The notes: a model not told the origin generated them from the letters alone. A stretch of 64,000 nt of DNA from Alphaproteobacteria bacterium (GCA_019233975.1 JAFALY010000030.1:1550-65549), one strand, 5' to 3'; positions 39,574 through 49,430 are shown, numbered from the stretch's first letter. Made by a program: numbers and translations.

Positions 39574-40131
39574 TTGTCCCCGGAGTCCTGTCCAGCGCTG
39601 GTCCTCAATGCGGATTTCCGTCCGCTGAGCTATTTCCCGTTGTCGTTGTGGTCGTGGCAAGATTCAGTCAAAGCGGTCTTTATGGACCGCGTCAGCATCC
39701 TGTCGGAATATGAACAGGAAGTGCACTCTCCCAGTTTCAGTATGCGTCTACCCAGCGTTATCGCGTTGAAAGAATATATTCAAACGTCACGCTATCCCGC
39801 CTTTACACGATTTAACGTTTTTCTACGCGACAGTTTCTCATGCCAATACTGCGGCCTGCGCAAACCGACGCAGGAACTGACGTTTGACCATGTCATTCCG
39901 CGTTCGCGCGGTGGCCGTACGGTCTGGGATAATATTGTGACCGCCTGCTGTACCTGCAACACACGCAAGGGCAACAGGCTGCCGCACCAATGCGGTATGT
40001 TCCCGCAACAAAAACCATGGCGTCCGCACAGCATTCAGTTACAGGAAAACGGACGCGCCTTCCCGCCCAATTACCTGCATCAAAGCTGGCATGACTATCT
40101 GTACTGGGATACAGAATTGGACCCGATTTAA
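39574..40131 (+). CDS. HNH endonuclease
   Basis: CQYCGLRKPTQELTFDHVIPRSRGGRTVWDNIVTACCTCNTRKGN (HNH and zinc-finger motifs). Conserved PALVLNADFRPL N-terminus. TTG start assumed. Confidence 0.75.
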   Translation: MSPESCPALVLNADFRPLSYFPLSLWSWQDSVKAVFMDRVSILSEYEQEVHSPSFSMRLPSVIALKEYIQTSRYPAFTRFNVFLRDSFSCQYCGLRKPTQELTFDHVIPRSRGGRTVWDNIVTACCTCNTRKGNRLPHQCGMFPQQKPWRPHSIQLQENGRAFPPNYLHQSWHDYLYWDTELDPI

Positions 40132-40721
40132 TTTTTTTGGGCTTCGGCCAATTGCTCGTTTGTCAAACGGAACCCCATCAAGACCTGATAATTCGGACCG
40201 ACATCGCGCTTATCTTTCGGCAACGGCAAAAAGACGTGCAAATCTTCCTGTAAATCGGCAACCTTATCGCTGCCGAAATCGAGTTTGGCAGTCATGCGGT
40301 CCTTGCTGATGATCTTGCCATCTGGCGATACCAACGCGACAAAGTAAGGCGCATTGACAACCTTACCGCCCAGACGTGGCCCGCGTTCTGCGGCAAAAGA
40401 TAGCGAGAAGGTTATATCAACTCCCGTATCGGTATATTCACAATCTCCATCGACACCAAGCATCTTGGTCGTGGACACCAGCTGTTTAGGGTCAGGCTTC
40501 TCACCCGCATAGTCTTTCAAAACGCCCAGCTTGCGCACGACGGCGACCTGCGGACATATCGGTAGAACTTCTTTCTTGGGCCCCGTTTCCGGTTTATGTG
40601 AACCGATTTTCAGTTCGTTCTGCGTGTCTGGCTTATCCTTGTCGTCATCATCGCCGCCACAGGCGCCAAGGCCCATAACTACCAACCCAATCGCCAGAAA
40701 CCGCAACCAGTTCTTTGACAT
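40128..40721 (-). CDS. Lipoprotein (hypothetical), translationally coupled downstream of argD
   Basis: Lipobox LGAC after an N-terminal hydrophobic segment. AGGAG RBS right after the argD stop. Asp-rich linker after the Cys. Confidence 0.5.
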   Translation of the reverse strand: MSKNWLRFLAIGLVVMGLGACGGDDDDKDKPDTQNELKIGSHKPETGPKKEVLPICPQVAVVRKLGVLKDYAGEKPDPKQLVSTTKMLGVDGDCEYTDTGVDITFSLSFAAERGPRLGGKVVNAPYFVALVSPDGKIISKDRMTAKLDFGSDKVADLQEDLHVFLPLPKDKRDVGPNYQVLMGFRLTNEQLAEAQKN

Positions 40722-40731
40722 ACCACGCTCC

Positions 40732-41931
40732 TTAAGAGGCCATTTGCTTGGCAACGCGGTCGAGGATATCGACCGCATGATCCACTTCCGCTTCGGTTGT
40801 AATCAACGGCGGCACAAAGCGCACGACATTATCACCGGCACCAAGGCCCAGAAGTTTTTGTTCACGAAGTGCCGCGACAACATCCGTGTTAAGCGGCGCG
40901 CACACAAAGCCCTGCATCATGCATTTACCGCGATGTTCGGTAAAGACCTTGGGATGTGCCTTGGTCAGCGCGTCAAACTTGTTCCACATGTAATCACCGA
41001 TTTTACGCACGCGATGCATAAAGCCATGTTCGGTCATCACATCCAGAACGGCGTTGCCGACGGCGGTTGCCAACGGATTCCCGCCATAGGTGGATCCATG
41101 CGTGCCGACCACCATGCCGCGCGCGGCCATGGCCGTCGCAAGGCAGGCGCCTATCGGGAAGCCGTTGCCCAGAGCCTTGGCAATACACATGACGTCCGGC
41201 GTCACACCCGCCCACTCATGCGCAAACATCTTTCCGGTGCGTCCCATGCCGCATTGAATTTCATCGAAATGCAACAGTAGTCCAAATTCATCGCAGATTT
41301 TGCGCAGGCTCATCAGGAATTCATTGCTCGCGACCTTCATGCCGCCTTCGCCAATAACGGGTTCAATGCTGATGGCCGCCGTTTCTTCTGTAATCGCGGC
41401 GCGCACTTCGTTCAGATTGCCCCAGGCGACTTGATCGAAACCTTCCATCATCGGGCCAAAGCCCTTGACCATTTTTTCTGCCTTGGATGCCGCTATGGCC
41501 GCCAGCGTACGCCCGTGGAAACAGCCCTGGAACGTAATGACGCGGTAACGCTGCGGCTGACCGATGCTGCTGAAATACTTACGAATGGTTTTGATGCTGC
41601 ATTCCCACGCTTCGACGCCGGAATTCTGGAAAAAGACCGTGTCGGCAAAAGTCAGTTCAACCAAACGGCGCGCCAGCTTCTCGGTCTGATGCGTCTTAAA
41701 AACGTTGGAGGTGATCCAAAGCTTTTCAGCCTGATCCTTTAACGCCCGGACAATATCAGGATGCGCATGGCCCAAACCGGTCACGGCTATGCCACCGATA
41801 AAATCCAGATAGCGTTCACCTTTGTCGGTGATCAGCCAGCAGCCTTCGCCGCGTTCAAAATAAATGTCGGCGCGCGCGTAAACCGGCATAAGCACGGGCA
41901 TGCGGTCGATGGGCGTATATTCATCAGCCAT
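40732..41931 (-). CDS. argD: Acetylornithine aminotransferase (class III PLP aminotransferase)
   Basis: ~400 aa. PLP-lysine region DEIQCGMGRTGKMFA. ArgD-like overall pattern. Confidence 0.8.
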   Translation of the reverse strand: MADEYTPIDRMPVLMPVYARADIYFERGEGCWLITDKGERYLDFIGGIAVTGLGHAHPDIVRALKDQAEKLWITSNVFKTHQTEKLARRLVELTFADTVFFQNSGVEAWECSIKTIRKYFSSIGQPQRYRVITFQGCFHGRTLAAIAASKAEKMVKGFGPMMEGFDQVAWGNLNEVRAAITEETAAISIEPVIGEGGMKVASNEFLMSLRKICDEFGLLLHFDEIQCGMGRTGKMFAHEWAGVTPDVMCIAKALGNGFPIGACLATAMAARGMVVGTHGSTYGGNPLATAVGNAVLDVMTEHGFMHRVRKIGDYMWNKFDALTKAHPKVFTEHRGKCMMQGFVCAPLNTDVVAALREQKLLGLGAGDNVVRFVPPLITTEAEVDHAVDILDRVAKQMAS

Positions 41932-41945
41932 GAGCGAACCTCTGT

Positions 41946-42764
41946 TCAGGATTTCAGTTTGTAGCCTGTCGCTATCAGTTTATAGGCCACGGCAAAAAGC
42001 GCAGCATTGACGGCAATCAGATAAAACAGACCGAACATCAGCGTGCCATCCGATTGACCAATAAAACCATAGCGGAAACCATCGATCATGTAAAAGAATG
42101 GGTCAACATGGCATAGAAAACGCCAGAAAACCGATAGTTTTTCAGTCGTATAGAAGGTTCCCGACAGAAACGTAGCCGGCATGACGATAAAATTCTGCAC
42201 AGCAGCCAGATGGTCAAATTTGTCGGACCAGATCCCGCCGATAAGTCCCAGCTGCGCCAGCAACATGGACCCCAGCAGCGCATGGAGAATGACAAAGCCA
42301 GGATGTTGTATGTCAACGCCCGTAAACAATGCCAGCGCCGCAATGGAAACAACACCGATCACAACGCCGCGCGCAATACCGCCAAAGATGTAACCGCATG
42401 TCAGTTCTAACCCCGACAAGGGCGGCATCAGAACATCAACGATATTTCCCTGCACCTTTGAAATGACAAGCGAGCTGGATGTATTGGCAAAAGCGTTTTG
42501 CGCCATCGACATCATCACAAGCCCCGGGGCCAGAAATGTCATGTAGGGCACATCGCCCACCATGCGTTGCCCACCGCCCAGCGCGAGCGAGAACACAGCG
42601 TAAAACAAAAGGGTCGTGATAACGGGCGCAAGCAGAGCCTGGGCGTAAACTTTCAGGAAGCGCTCTGTTTCCTTGCGCGTCAGCACCCAAAGCCCCAGCC
42701 AGTTAACGGCACCCAATTGCCGTGGATGAGGGAAATCTGCTGTCTGGGGCGTAGTCTGGTTCAT
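41946..42764 (-). CDS. ABC-2-type transporter permease (NodJ/YadH-like) with no adjacent ATPase
   Basis: Six TM helices and ~270 aa ABC-2 family pattern. The upstream gene is an M48 protease, not an ABC ATPase. Confidence 0.7.
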   Translation of the reverse strand: MNQTTPQTADFPHPRQLGAVNWLGLWVLTRKETERFLKVYAQALLAPVITTLLFYAVFSLALGGGQRMVGDVPYMTFLAPGLVMMSMAQNAFANTSSSLVISKVQGNIVDVLMPPLSGLELTCGYIFGGIARGVVIGVVSIAALALFTGVDIQHPGFVILHALLGSMLLAQLGLIGGIWSDKFDHLAAVQNFIVMPATFLSGTFYTTEKLSVFWRFLCHVDPFFYMIDGFRYGFIGQSDGTLMFGLFYLIAVNAALFAVAYKLIATGYKLKS

Positions 42765-42854
42765 GCCCTATTGTCTGACGGATTCTTGGACAGCTTGCAA
42801 GCCGGTATGCGCCACCCCCTTCAATACTGCCCTTTATACGATGCAGCGTGTTCC

Positions 42855-43904
42855 TTACTTGGACTGCATAAACGGGTTGGTACCCTGCCCGTCCGGATCA
42901 TTGCCAGCCCCCGGAACAACCGTTTGTGGGGGAAGGCCGCGTCTATTGATATCCGGCGCCGCCTTTGTTACCGCCTTGAAAGCCAACAGCCCCTGGCTGA
43001 CCTTTGTAATTGTGTTGGACACAAAATACACGCCTGCCCCGACAGGTGCCACAACCACCAGCGCCGCAATAAGAACGGCTCCGACTGTGGCCAGCACACT
43101 GCCCTTCCTTTTCGGCTTCAGGCTCGGGTCAATCGCGGCAAGGCGATAGGTCAACGGCGGGTGTGTCATCAACCATGTGCCAAGGCGCATAAAGACTGTG
43201 TCCAGATCACTCGCCTGCTCAGCAAACGCTTTGCGGTTAATGCCTGTCACAAAACTCCCGCCGCAGGCAAGAATGCACGTACTGTCCGTTGCCTTTTGCG
43301 GATCACTGCAAGAATACCGGCCATATTGATCACACGTATATTCACACGCCCGCGAATACGCGGATCCAAGAAATGGGATAATGTGCGCGGGAGCTTTCAG
43401 CCAACGCCATTTCAAATGGCCACGATGCAAATGCCCCAGTTCATGCCCGATGATAAAATCCAACGCATCAGCATTGGTGCCGCAGGCACGCACGATGTCC
43501 GAATACAAAACGATAAAATTACGGGAGCCAAAGCGTGTGGCAAAGGCATTGAGTATCCCATTGGATTGCAGCAGATACGCATCCGGCACCTTGGTCATGC
43601 CCATCCGTTTGGAAAGGCTGACAACACGTGCATATAATTTGGGTAGTTGCTTTGGACCAAGTTTGATGGAGTTGCCGCGCAAATGCGCAATCAACGAAAT
43701 GTGGGCCGCCAACAACATCAGCCCAATCAGGGCGCCATACACAAGCCCGATCAGGGAAATGGCAATCAGAATCCAAAGGACAGTACCGATGAGCACCAAC
43801 ACAAGCTTCAGTATCGTTTCGGTCCCATTGGGTTTAACCGAAATAAAGCCGCCATCCGGCGGGGAAACGGAAAAATCGTCTTCGGCGCTTGCAGCGTTTG
43901 TCAT
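42855..43904 (-). CDS. M48-family zinc metalloprotease (HtpX-like)
   Basis: HEXXH as IIGHELGHLHRGH, two N-terminal TM helices, and a downstream Glu-containing segment. Confidence 0.75.
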   Translation of the reverse strand: MTNAASAEDDFSVSPPDGGFISVKPNGTETILKLVLVLIGTVLWILIAISLIGLVYGALIGLMLLAAHISLIAHLRGNSIKLGPKQLPKLYARVVSLSKRMGMTKVPDAYLLQSNGILNAFATRFGSRNFIVLYSDIVRACGTNADALDFIIGHELGHLHRGHLKWRWLKAPAHIIPFLGSAYSRACEYTCDQYGRYSCSDPQKATDSTCILACGGSFVTGINRKAFAEQASDLDTVFMRLGTWLMTHPPLTYRLAAIDPSLKPKRKGSVLATVGAVLIAALVVVAPVGAGVYFVSNTITKVSQGLLAFKAVTKAAPDINRRGLPPQTVVPGAGNDPDGQGTNPFMQSK

Positions 43905-44021
43905 TCAAGTATCCTTGTCTGGGGGAAGGGGAAGATATGAACTGAATAAAACTAACTGCCTGCAGGAATTTTGCCCGTAGAATCTTAAAGCCTTATTAAA
44001 TCTGCCGCTGTATGGGGCAGA

Positions 44022-44924
44022 CTACCCCAACCGGATCGTCATGGTGGCGGTGGCGCTTTGCCCAGGCTTTAACACACGCAGGCCGTGAACATCTTCCAGC
44101 GCAGGTGTTGCCTGCCCATCGGTTATGGGAATACCCGCAAAAGGCTCGATGCAGATAAAGGGGCTTTCGTCGGTTTTGCTCCAAACACCAAAGCCATCCC
44201 AGCCCTGCATATCGAATATCAATGAATGCCCCGCCGGGTTCGCGCGGTCTCCCCAATGCAAGGTCACTGGCGCTTCGCCATGGCGTATGAAATAGGCATC
44301 GCCTGCAAAATCGGCCTTTGCCGGTTGCCACTGCCCTGCCGCCAAAGGATTCTCAAATGTCTTCCCCGTTTGGAAAATGCCATCGACAGGGCAATAGGTC
44401 ACCGTCGCATCCGGCATGGGTTGGTCGAGCCACAAGCTGTGTGGGCTTTCCACACCTGGCAGTGGCCACATAAAGGCGGGATGCATCCCCATGGCAAAGC
44501 GCATATCCTGTGTATCAAGATTGGTCATGGTCACGCGTGCGGTCAAAGTGTCCGACGTTACCGTATATTCAATTTCAATCTGGTGCCGGAACGGATACAC
44601 GCCCGGTTGTGCTGCAGGATCAAAAACATGCCGCAAGGTTACGCGATTGTTGTCTTTTGCGACGATGTCAAAGGCCAGATTGCGGGTAATGCCATGCTTG
44701 CCGGGCGTATAGTCCTGCCCCGCATGGGTAAACTTGCCGTCTTTGGTAACGCTGCAGATGACGGGCGACATCACAAAACCCGACGTTGTGCCACCTGTGC
44801 TGGCCGGCCAACCGCCCATATATTCCTGGCCATTAAGCTTCAGGCTGCTGATTCCGCCGCCGACCACGTTAATCTCGGCATAGATTTCTGCGTCAGTGCT
44901 GCCCAAGGCCAAGGGGGTGTTCAT
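44022..44924 (-). CDS. Aldose 1-epimerase-family protein (galactose mutarotase-like)
   Basis: ~300 aa with a beta-sandwich pattern and conserved His/Glu positions (HPAFMWPLPG, FICIEPFAG). Confidence 0.65.
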   Translation of the reverse strand: MNTPLALGSTDAEIYAEINVVGGGISSLKLNGQEYMGGWPASTGGTTSGFVMSPVICSVTKDGKFTHAGQDYTPGKHGITRNLAFDIVAKDNNRVTLRHVFDPAAQPGVYPFRHQIEIEYTVTSDTLTARVTMTNLDTQDMRFAMGMHPAFMWPLPGVESPHSLWLDQPMPDATVTYCPVDGIFQTGKTFENPLAAGQWQPAKADFAGDAYFIRHGEAPVTLHWGDRANPAGHSLIFDMQGWDGFGVWSKTDESPFICIEPFAGIPITDGQATPALEDVHGLRVLKPGQSATATMTIRLG

Positions 44925-45108
44925 GTATATATACCGTTGTTTATAAGGTATACCTACATACGAATTGCGGATTAATTGCACAACCGTCCTTATCACTAAC
45001 TTCAGAATTCACAGCTACTTAATTGAAGATATTGCTTTTTCTGCGGAAATTTACCATAATGCTTTAACTATTCTTAAGACCCACTGCCAGCACGGGGCAC
45101 ACCTAAAA

Positions 45109-47346
45109 ATGGCGTCGAACTCTCCCTCTCCTGCTATCGGACGTTTTACCTCTCTTGCGCTGGCACTCATCGTCCTGCTTTGCACCACGATGATTGGCGG
45201 CATCGGCTATGTTAAGTTTATGCTGGACCGTAGCGATGCCCTTCAATCCGCCTCCGAACCGAAGTTGCTGCAAGATTTGGAACCGCTGGCGGAATTGCGT
45301 CGCGCCCTGGGCTATAGCGGTTTTGTCGGTACAGCGCAGAGTTACGTGGCAACACATGATCCCGCCCAACTAACCGAACTGCATAATCGCATTAAGGAAG
45401 CCCGTGCGGCGATGGAACATCTGCCGGAGCGCACGCCTGCCGATACACGGCGCGACCTGCAAGCGGTTACGGACATGTTCTCGAATGTGTCAGACCGCGC
45501 CGACAAGGTCAGCACTGACACAACGCAGGGCGCCATAACTGCTGCCGACCTCACCCCGCTTTATGCCGCACTCCCCTTGCTGGACAGCCATATTCAAGAA
45601 GCGACCGTCCTGACCCGTACCGATGCCCGCAACAAAAGCCAGTTATGGAGCATGATCCTGACGCTCGTTGGCTGGGCGGGCGTTCTCATGGCGTTCGGCC
45701 TGACAGCGGCGCTTTACCTGACCATCCGCGATAAGCAAGGCGCACCGCTGCAAGCTTTGGCGCAAAGCGTCCGCAATCTGGCGCGCGGCGACATGCGCAC
45801 ACCCGTTTGGGGTCTGGAGCGCAGCGATATGGTGGGTGAGCTGGCCCGCACCATCGACATGGCCCGCCATCAATTCAGCCAGTTGCCGGATATGACATTG
45901 GTCAGTGATCAGGGCCCCATTCGCCTGCGCTTTGAAGGTGGTACAAAATCCCTGTTCGAGGCGATGATGAAGGTCATCAGCCGTGACTCCGAACAGGTGC
46001 ATGACAAGACACAGGAATTGACCGCCGCGATCACGCAGCAACGCGAAGAGCTTTCACTAGTGATCACACGTGTCGAAGCTGTTCTGCAAAACGTGGAAAA
46101 GCGTGCGACGTCCGGCGACCAGCAAGTGCGTCAGGCGTTGCAAGGTCTGGTTGGCTCTGCCGCCAGCCTGAAAAACGCGCAGGAACACACAACCGATCAG
46201 TTGGGTCGTTTGGTGGGTTTCCTGCAGGACCGCGCGCAAAATCTTTCGGACGCCACCAGCATCGCCGGCAAGCAACTGGCGCAGGCCTTGCAATCCATCG
46301 CCCTGTCACAGCACACGTTGAAAAGCAGCGCGGATCAGGGTGATGAGATCGTCCGCCGCCTGTCCAACACGGCAGATGGCCTTGGCGAACGCATGTTTGG
46401 TGCCGTCAATTTGCTGCAAGCCAGCAGCAAGGTTTTGACGGAAACAACCGAGCAAACCGGTGCACGCCTGAACGATGCCATCGAAGCATTGAACCAAAGC
46501 ATTACGGAACTGAAGGCCCCGATTGCAGGCCTCTCTACCCCAGCCTCTGTTGAGGCCTCGCCTGTTATTGCCAATGCCACCATCGACCCGGCCATGCTGG
46601 AACGTCTGGAACAGGCGATTGCCATGCTTGGCGCTGCGCAAACCAAGATGGATATGCTGGTTGAAGAACAATCGCAGGCCGCACGTGCGCAGATTGACCT
46701 GCTCTCGACGCAAAGCAGCGGCCTGCTTCTGCAAAGCAGCACCAGCGCGCAAACCATGTCGGCCGCCGCCGATAAACTGCGCGAGGAACAGTCACAACTT
46801 CATGAGCGCCTGCTGCAAATTACAACCGCATTGGATGACAAGATTACAGCGATCACGGCAATACCCGCGCAAGAAAAGGCCTCCGTCGCAGAGCATGACG
46901 ACCGTATTCCTGAACTTCTGCACCAGATACAGCGCGAAATACAGGTAACCGCCGCGCCGTTGCATGAAAAGCTGCAAGGATTGCAACAGGAAGTCGCCGT
47001 TCTGGCTGCCGAGTTACGTAGTGTGCCGCAGGCCGAAGCCGATGGCGGCGCCTTGTCCGAACAGTTGCGCGACCACTGGTACCAGATCGCCGGTCAGATA
47101 GAAGCCACGCGCAATGACTTGTTGAGCAATATCCAGACGTCCCTTGGTCGCCTGAGCGAACAGGTCGGGCAACCCGCAACAGCGTCCAGCGGAACCGAAA
47201 TGGACCATGAATTGCGCGAAGCCCGCGAACAGATGGAACAGCAAACCCGCATTATGGCGGAACTGGTCGCCACGCTCGGTCTTCTGGATGCACATATGCA
47301 GGAAATCCGCAGCCAGGTTTCGGGCCTGCGCCAGAGGGCGGGTTGA
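45109..47346 (+). CDS. MCP-architecture membrane protein (periplasmic helical domain, two TM helices, HAMP, ~500-aa Gln-rich coiled coil) lacking the canonical MCP signalling domain
   Basis: TM1 LALALIVLLCTTMIGGIGYV, TM2 LWSMILTLVGWAGVLMAFGLTAALYL, HAMP-like PLQALAQSVRNLARGDMRTPVWGLERSDMVGELARTIDMARHQF. No [18 protein letters not shown] motif. Its stop overlaps the tagD start (TGATG). Confidence 0.55.
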   Translation: MASNSPSPAIGRFTSLALALIVLLCTTMIGGIGYVKFMLDRSDALQSASEPKLLQDLEPLAELRRALGYSGFVGTAQSYVATHDPAQLTELHNRIKEARAAMEHLPERTPADTRRDLQAVTDMFSNVSDRADKVSTDTTQGAITAADLTPLYAALPLLDSHIQEATVLTRTDARNKSQLWSMILTLVGWAGVLMAFGLTAALYLTIRDKQGAPLQALAQSVRNLARGDMRTPVWGLERSDMVGELARTIDMARHQFSQLPDMTLVSDQGPIRLRFEGGTKSLFEAMMKVISRDSEQVHDKTQELTAAITQQREELSLVITRVEAVLQNVEKRATSGDQQVRQALQGLVGSAASLKNAQEHTTDQLGRLVGFLQDRAQNLSDATSIAGKQLAQALQSIALSQHTLKSSADQGDEIVRRLSNTADGLGERMFGAVNLLQASSKVLTETTEQTGARLNDAIEALNQSITELKAPIAGLSTPASVEASPVIANATIDPAMLERLEQAIAMLGAAQTKMDMLVEEQSQAARAQIDLLSTQSSGLLLQSSTSAQTMSAAADKLREEQSQLHERLLQITTALDDKITAITAIPAQEKASVAEHDDRIPELLHQIQREIQVTAAPLHEKLQGLQQEVAVLAAELRSVPQAEADGGALSEQLRDHWYQIAGQIEATRNDLLSNIQTSLGRLSEQVGQPATASSGTEMDHELREAREQMEQQTRIMAELVATLGLLDAHMQEIRSQVSGLRQRAG

Positions 47347-47762
47347 TGGCTGGCAAAACCGTTATCACCTTTGGCACCTATGACCTGTTTCATGTGGGCC
47401 ATTTGCGCCTGTTGCAACGTGCGCGTGCCTTGGGGGACAGGCTGGTTGTCGGTGTTTCAACCGATGCGCTGAATGTGTCCAAAAAGAATTTTTCGCCCAG
47501 CATTCCGCAAACGGATAGGATCGAGATTATCCGCTCCCTGCGCTGTGTTGACGAAGCGTTTTTTGAAGAAAGTCTGGAGCTGAAGGGCGACTATATTCGC
47601 CAGTTCAAAGCCGACACTCTGGTCATGGGCCATGATTGGGAAGGTCGGTTCGACCATTTCCGTGATTTGTGCGAGGTTGCCTACCTGCCGCGCACGGAGG
47701 GCATTTCAACCACACAGATCCGCGAAGATATGATACGCCGCGGCTTCATCACTTATTCCTGA
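47343..47762 (+). CDS. tagD: Glycerol-3-phosphate cytidylyltransferase
   Basis: VITFGTYDLFHVGHLRLL...VMGHDWEGRFDHFRDLCEVAYLPRTEGISTTQIRE is near-collinear with Bacillus TagD, including the HxGH and RTEGISTT motifs. Confidence 0.85.
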   Translation: MMAGKTVITFGTYDLFHVGHLRLLQRARALGDRLVVGVSTDALNVSKKNFSPSIPQTDRIEIIRSLRCVDEAFFEESLELKGDYIRQFKADTLVMGHDWEGRFDHFRDLCEVAYLPRTEGISTTQIREDMIRRGFITYS

Positions 47763-47773
47763 CAGATACCGCC

Positions 47774-49144
47774 ATGTCCCTGCACCCTGAACTTGCTGAA
47801 CTGATTAACCGCCTGTCGACACTGGAGACGCGCGTCACGCGCATTGAACAGAGCGCGCTTGTCATTGCCGAAGCGCAAAAGGGGCAACTGGCGCTCCTCA
47901 GCGACCTGCAAAACCGGGTGGGCGATAAAGAGCGTGAACAGCTGGCTGCACGTATTTTCGGCGGCCTTGAAAAAGCCTCGCTAATCTATCCCAAAGAAAA
48001 GACCATTATCTATGTCGGGCGTGATTATTTCGGCGACAACGTCAAATATGCTTATCTGGACATGGTAGCGCGCGCGCGGGAAGCAGGCGTTCAATGTTAT
48101 TACCTGACGCATGACCAACGACAATATGACCTGCTGACCGGCGCGGGGCTGCCCTGTCTACCCGTCGCCCTGACGGAATGGACGACGGCGCATATGCATA
48201 TCATGCTAAGCGCGAGCGTCGCCGTTCTGGGCAGCATTTTTTATCCGTCGAACGAACAGAAACGCCTGTACTGGTCATTACTGCGTGGCGCCAAGACGGT
48301 ACAGTTGTGGCACGGCCTGCCCTTGAAGGCGATCGGCATGGAATGCCTTTACACCCCCGCGACATTCGGCCCGCAAACAGCGGAAATTCTGGCGGCATCC
48401 GGCCCCTTTGACATCTTTGTCGGCACCAGTCAGGTCAGCAAGGACGCATGGGCCAGGCGGTTTAATTTCCACCGCTTCGAAGCGGTAGGCTATCCGCGCA
48501 TGGATGCGCTTAGCCGCCCAGCCACACCGCACGATCTGTTGAATGTGGATACGGACAGTCTGCACGCCATGGAAGCCGATCATTTCCACAACCACCCCGT
48601 TATTTTGTACGCGCCTACTTTCCGCGACCACAAACTGGGCACCTGGTTGCACGATGTCGGTTTGGACCAGGTCGCGGCCAATGCTGCGGAAAAATCCTAT
48701 GCGGTTTATGTTAACCTGCATCCGTTTGAAGCCGCCATTTTGCCGGAATTGCAAGCGCGTTACCCGGCACTGCGCTTTATCAGACCAGAGACGGATATCT
48801 ATCCGCTCCTCCGGCAGGTGGATGTGTTGGTAACAGACTACTCATCACTCACCTTCGATTTTCTGCCGCTCGATAAACCGATTGTGCATTTCTGCCCGGA
48901 CCATGATTCGTATATCGCCAATGCCCGCCCTCTGGTTAGCGGCTATGAAAAGCTGCTGGCCGGGCCTGTCGTCAGCACTACCGGCGAGTTATCCACAGCC
49001 TTAGAGGCTGTTCTTTCTGCATCGCAAAATGACGTTGCAACAGCATATATTGAATTAAGAAACAACCTAAGACGATACCTTTTCGATCATTCAGATGGCA
49101 AGGCTTCATCCCGTGTGAGCAATTGCACGATAAGTTTGACATGA
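47774..49144 (+). CDS. CDP-glycerol glycerophosphotransferase (TagB/TagF family) with an N-terminal coiled-coil extension
   Basis: ILYAPTFRDH...VNLHP...VLVTDYSSLTFDFLPLDKPIVHFCPD matches TagB/F catalytic-domain motifs. Starts 12 nt after tagD. Confidence 0.75.
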   Translation: MSLHPELAELINRLSTLETRVTRIEQSALVIAEAQKGQLALLSDLQNRVGDKEREQLAARIFGGLEKASLIYPKEKTIIYVGRDYFGDNVKYAYLDMVARAREAGVQCYYLTHDQRQYDLLTGAGLPCLPVALTEWTTAHMHIMLSASVAVLGSIFYPSNEQKRLYWSLLRGAKTVQLWHGLPLKAIGMECLYTPATFGPQTAEILAASGPFDIFVGTSQVSKDAWARRFNFHRFEAVGYPRMDALSRPATPHDLLNVDTDSLHAMEADHFHNHPVILYAPTFRDHKLGTWLHDVGLDQVAANAAEKSYAVYVNLHPFEAAILPELQARYPALRFIRPETDIYPLLRQVDVLVTDYSSLTFDFLPLDKPIVHFCPDHDSYIANARPLVSGYEKLLAGPVVSTTGELSTALEAVLSASQNDVATAYIELRNNLRRYLFDHSDGKASSRVSNCTISLT

Positions 49145-49229
49145 AATGATTGTTTTCATTTGATAATTCACGCCCTCTTTTTGCAAAATACCGTCAGTTA
49201 GAAATGTTAAAAATGACGGGAATAAGCAA

Positions 49230-49430
49230 ATGGGTTGGGGTAGTGGGCCGGAAACACCGGAAGAATTTGCAGCAGGTGAGCCAGAGGGTGAGAACTGGAG
49301 CATCTCGACTGAGAGCGATCTCAAAGACGTATACCACGAAGATGATGACGAAGTTACAACCGCATTTTTATGCGGACGTCCACTCGTTATGCACTACGCC
49401 GGGCCCGTCATAATAGGCAAGCAGTTCTGA
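49230..49430 (+). CDS. Hypothetical small acidic protein (66 aa) in a low-GC stretch downstream of the tag-like operon
   Basis: ORF only, with a YHEDDDE acidic patch. Local AT-richness. Confidence 0.2.
   Translation: MGWGSGPETPEEFAAGEPEGENWSISTESDLKDVYHEDDDEVTTAFLCGRPLVMHYAGPVIIGKQF

Noticed and set aside
44965-45108. N-terminal 48 aa of the track ORF 44965..47346
   Set aside because: Overlaps the 3' end of the convergent epimerase gene. The downstream ATG at 45109 is followed directly by a signal/TM segment and is the more plausible start.
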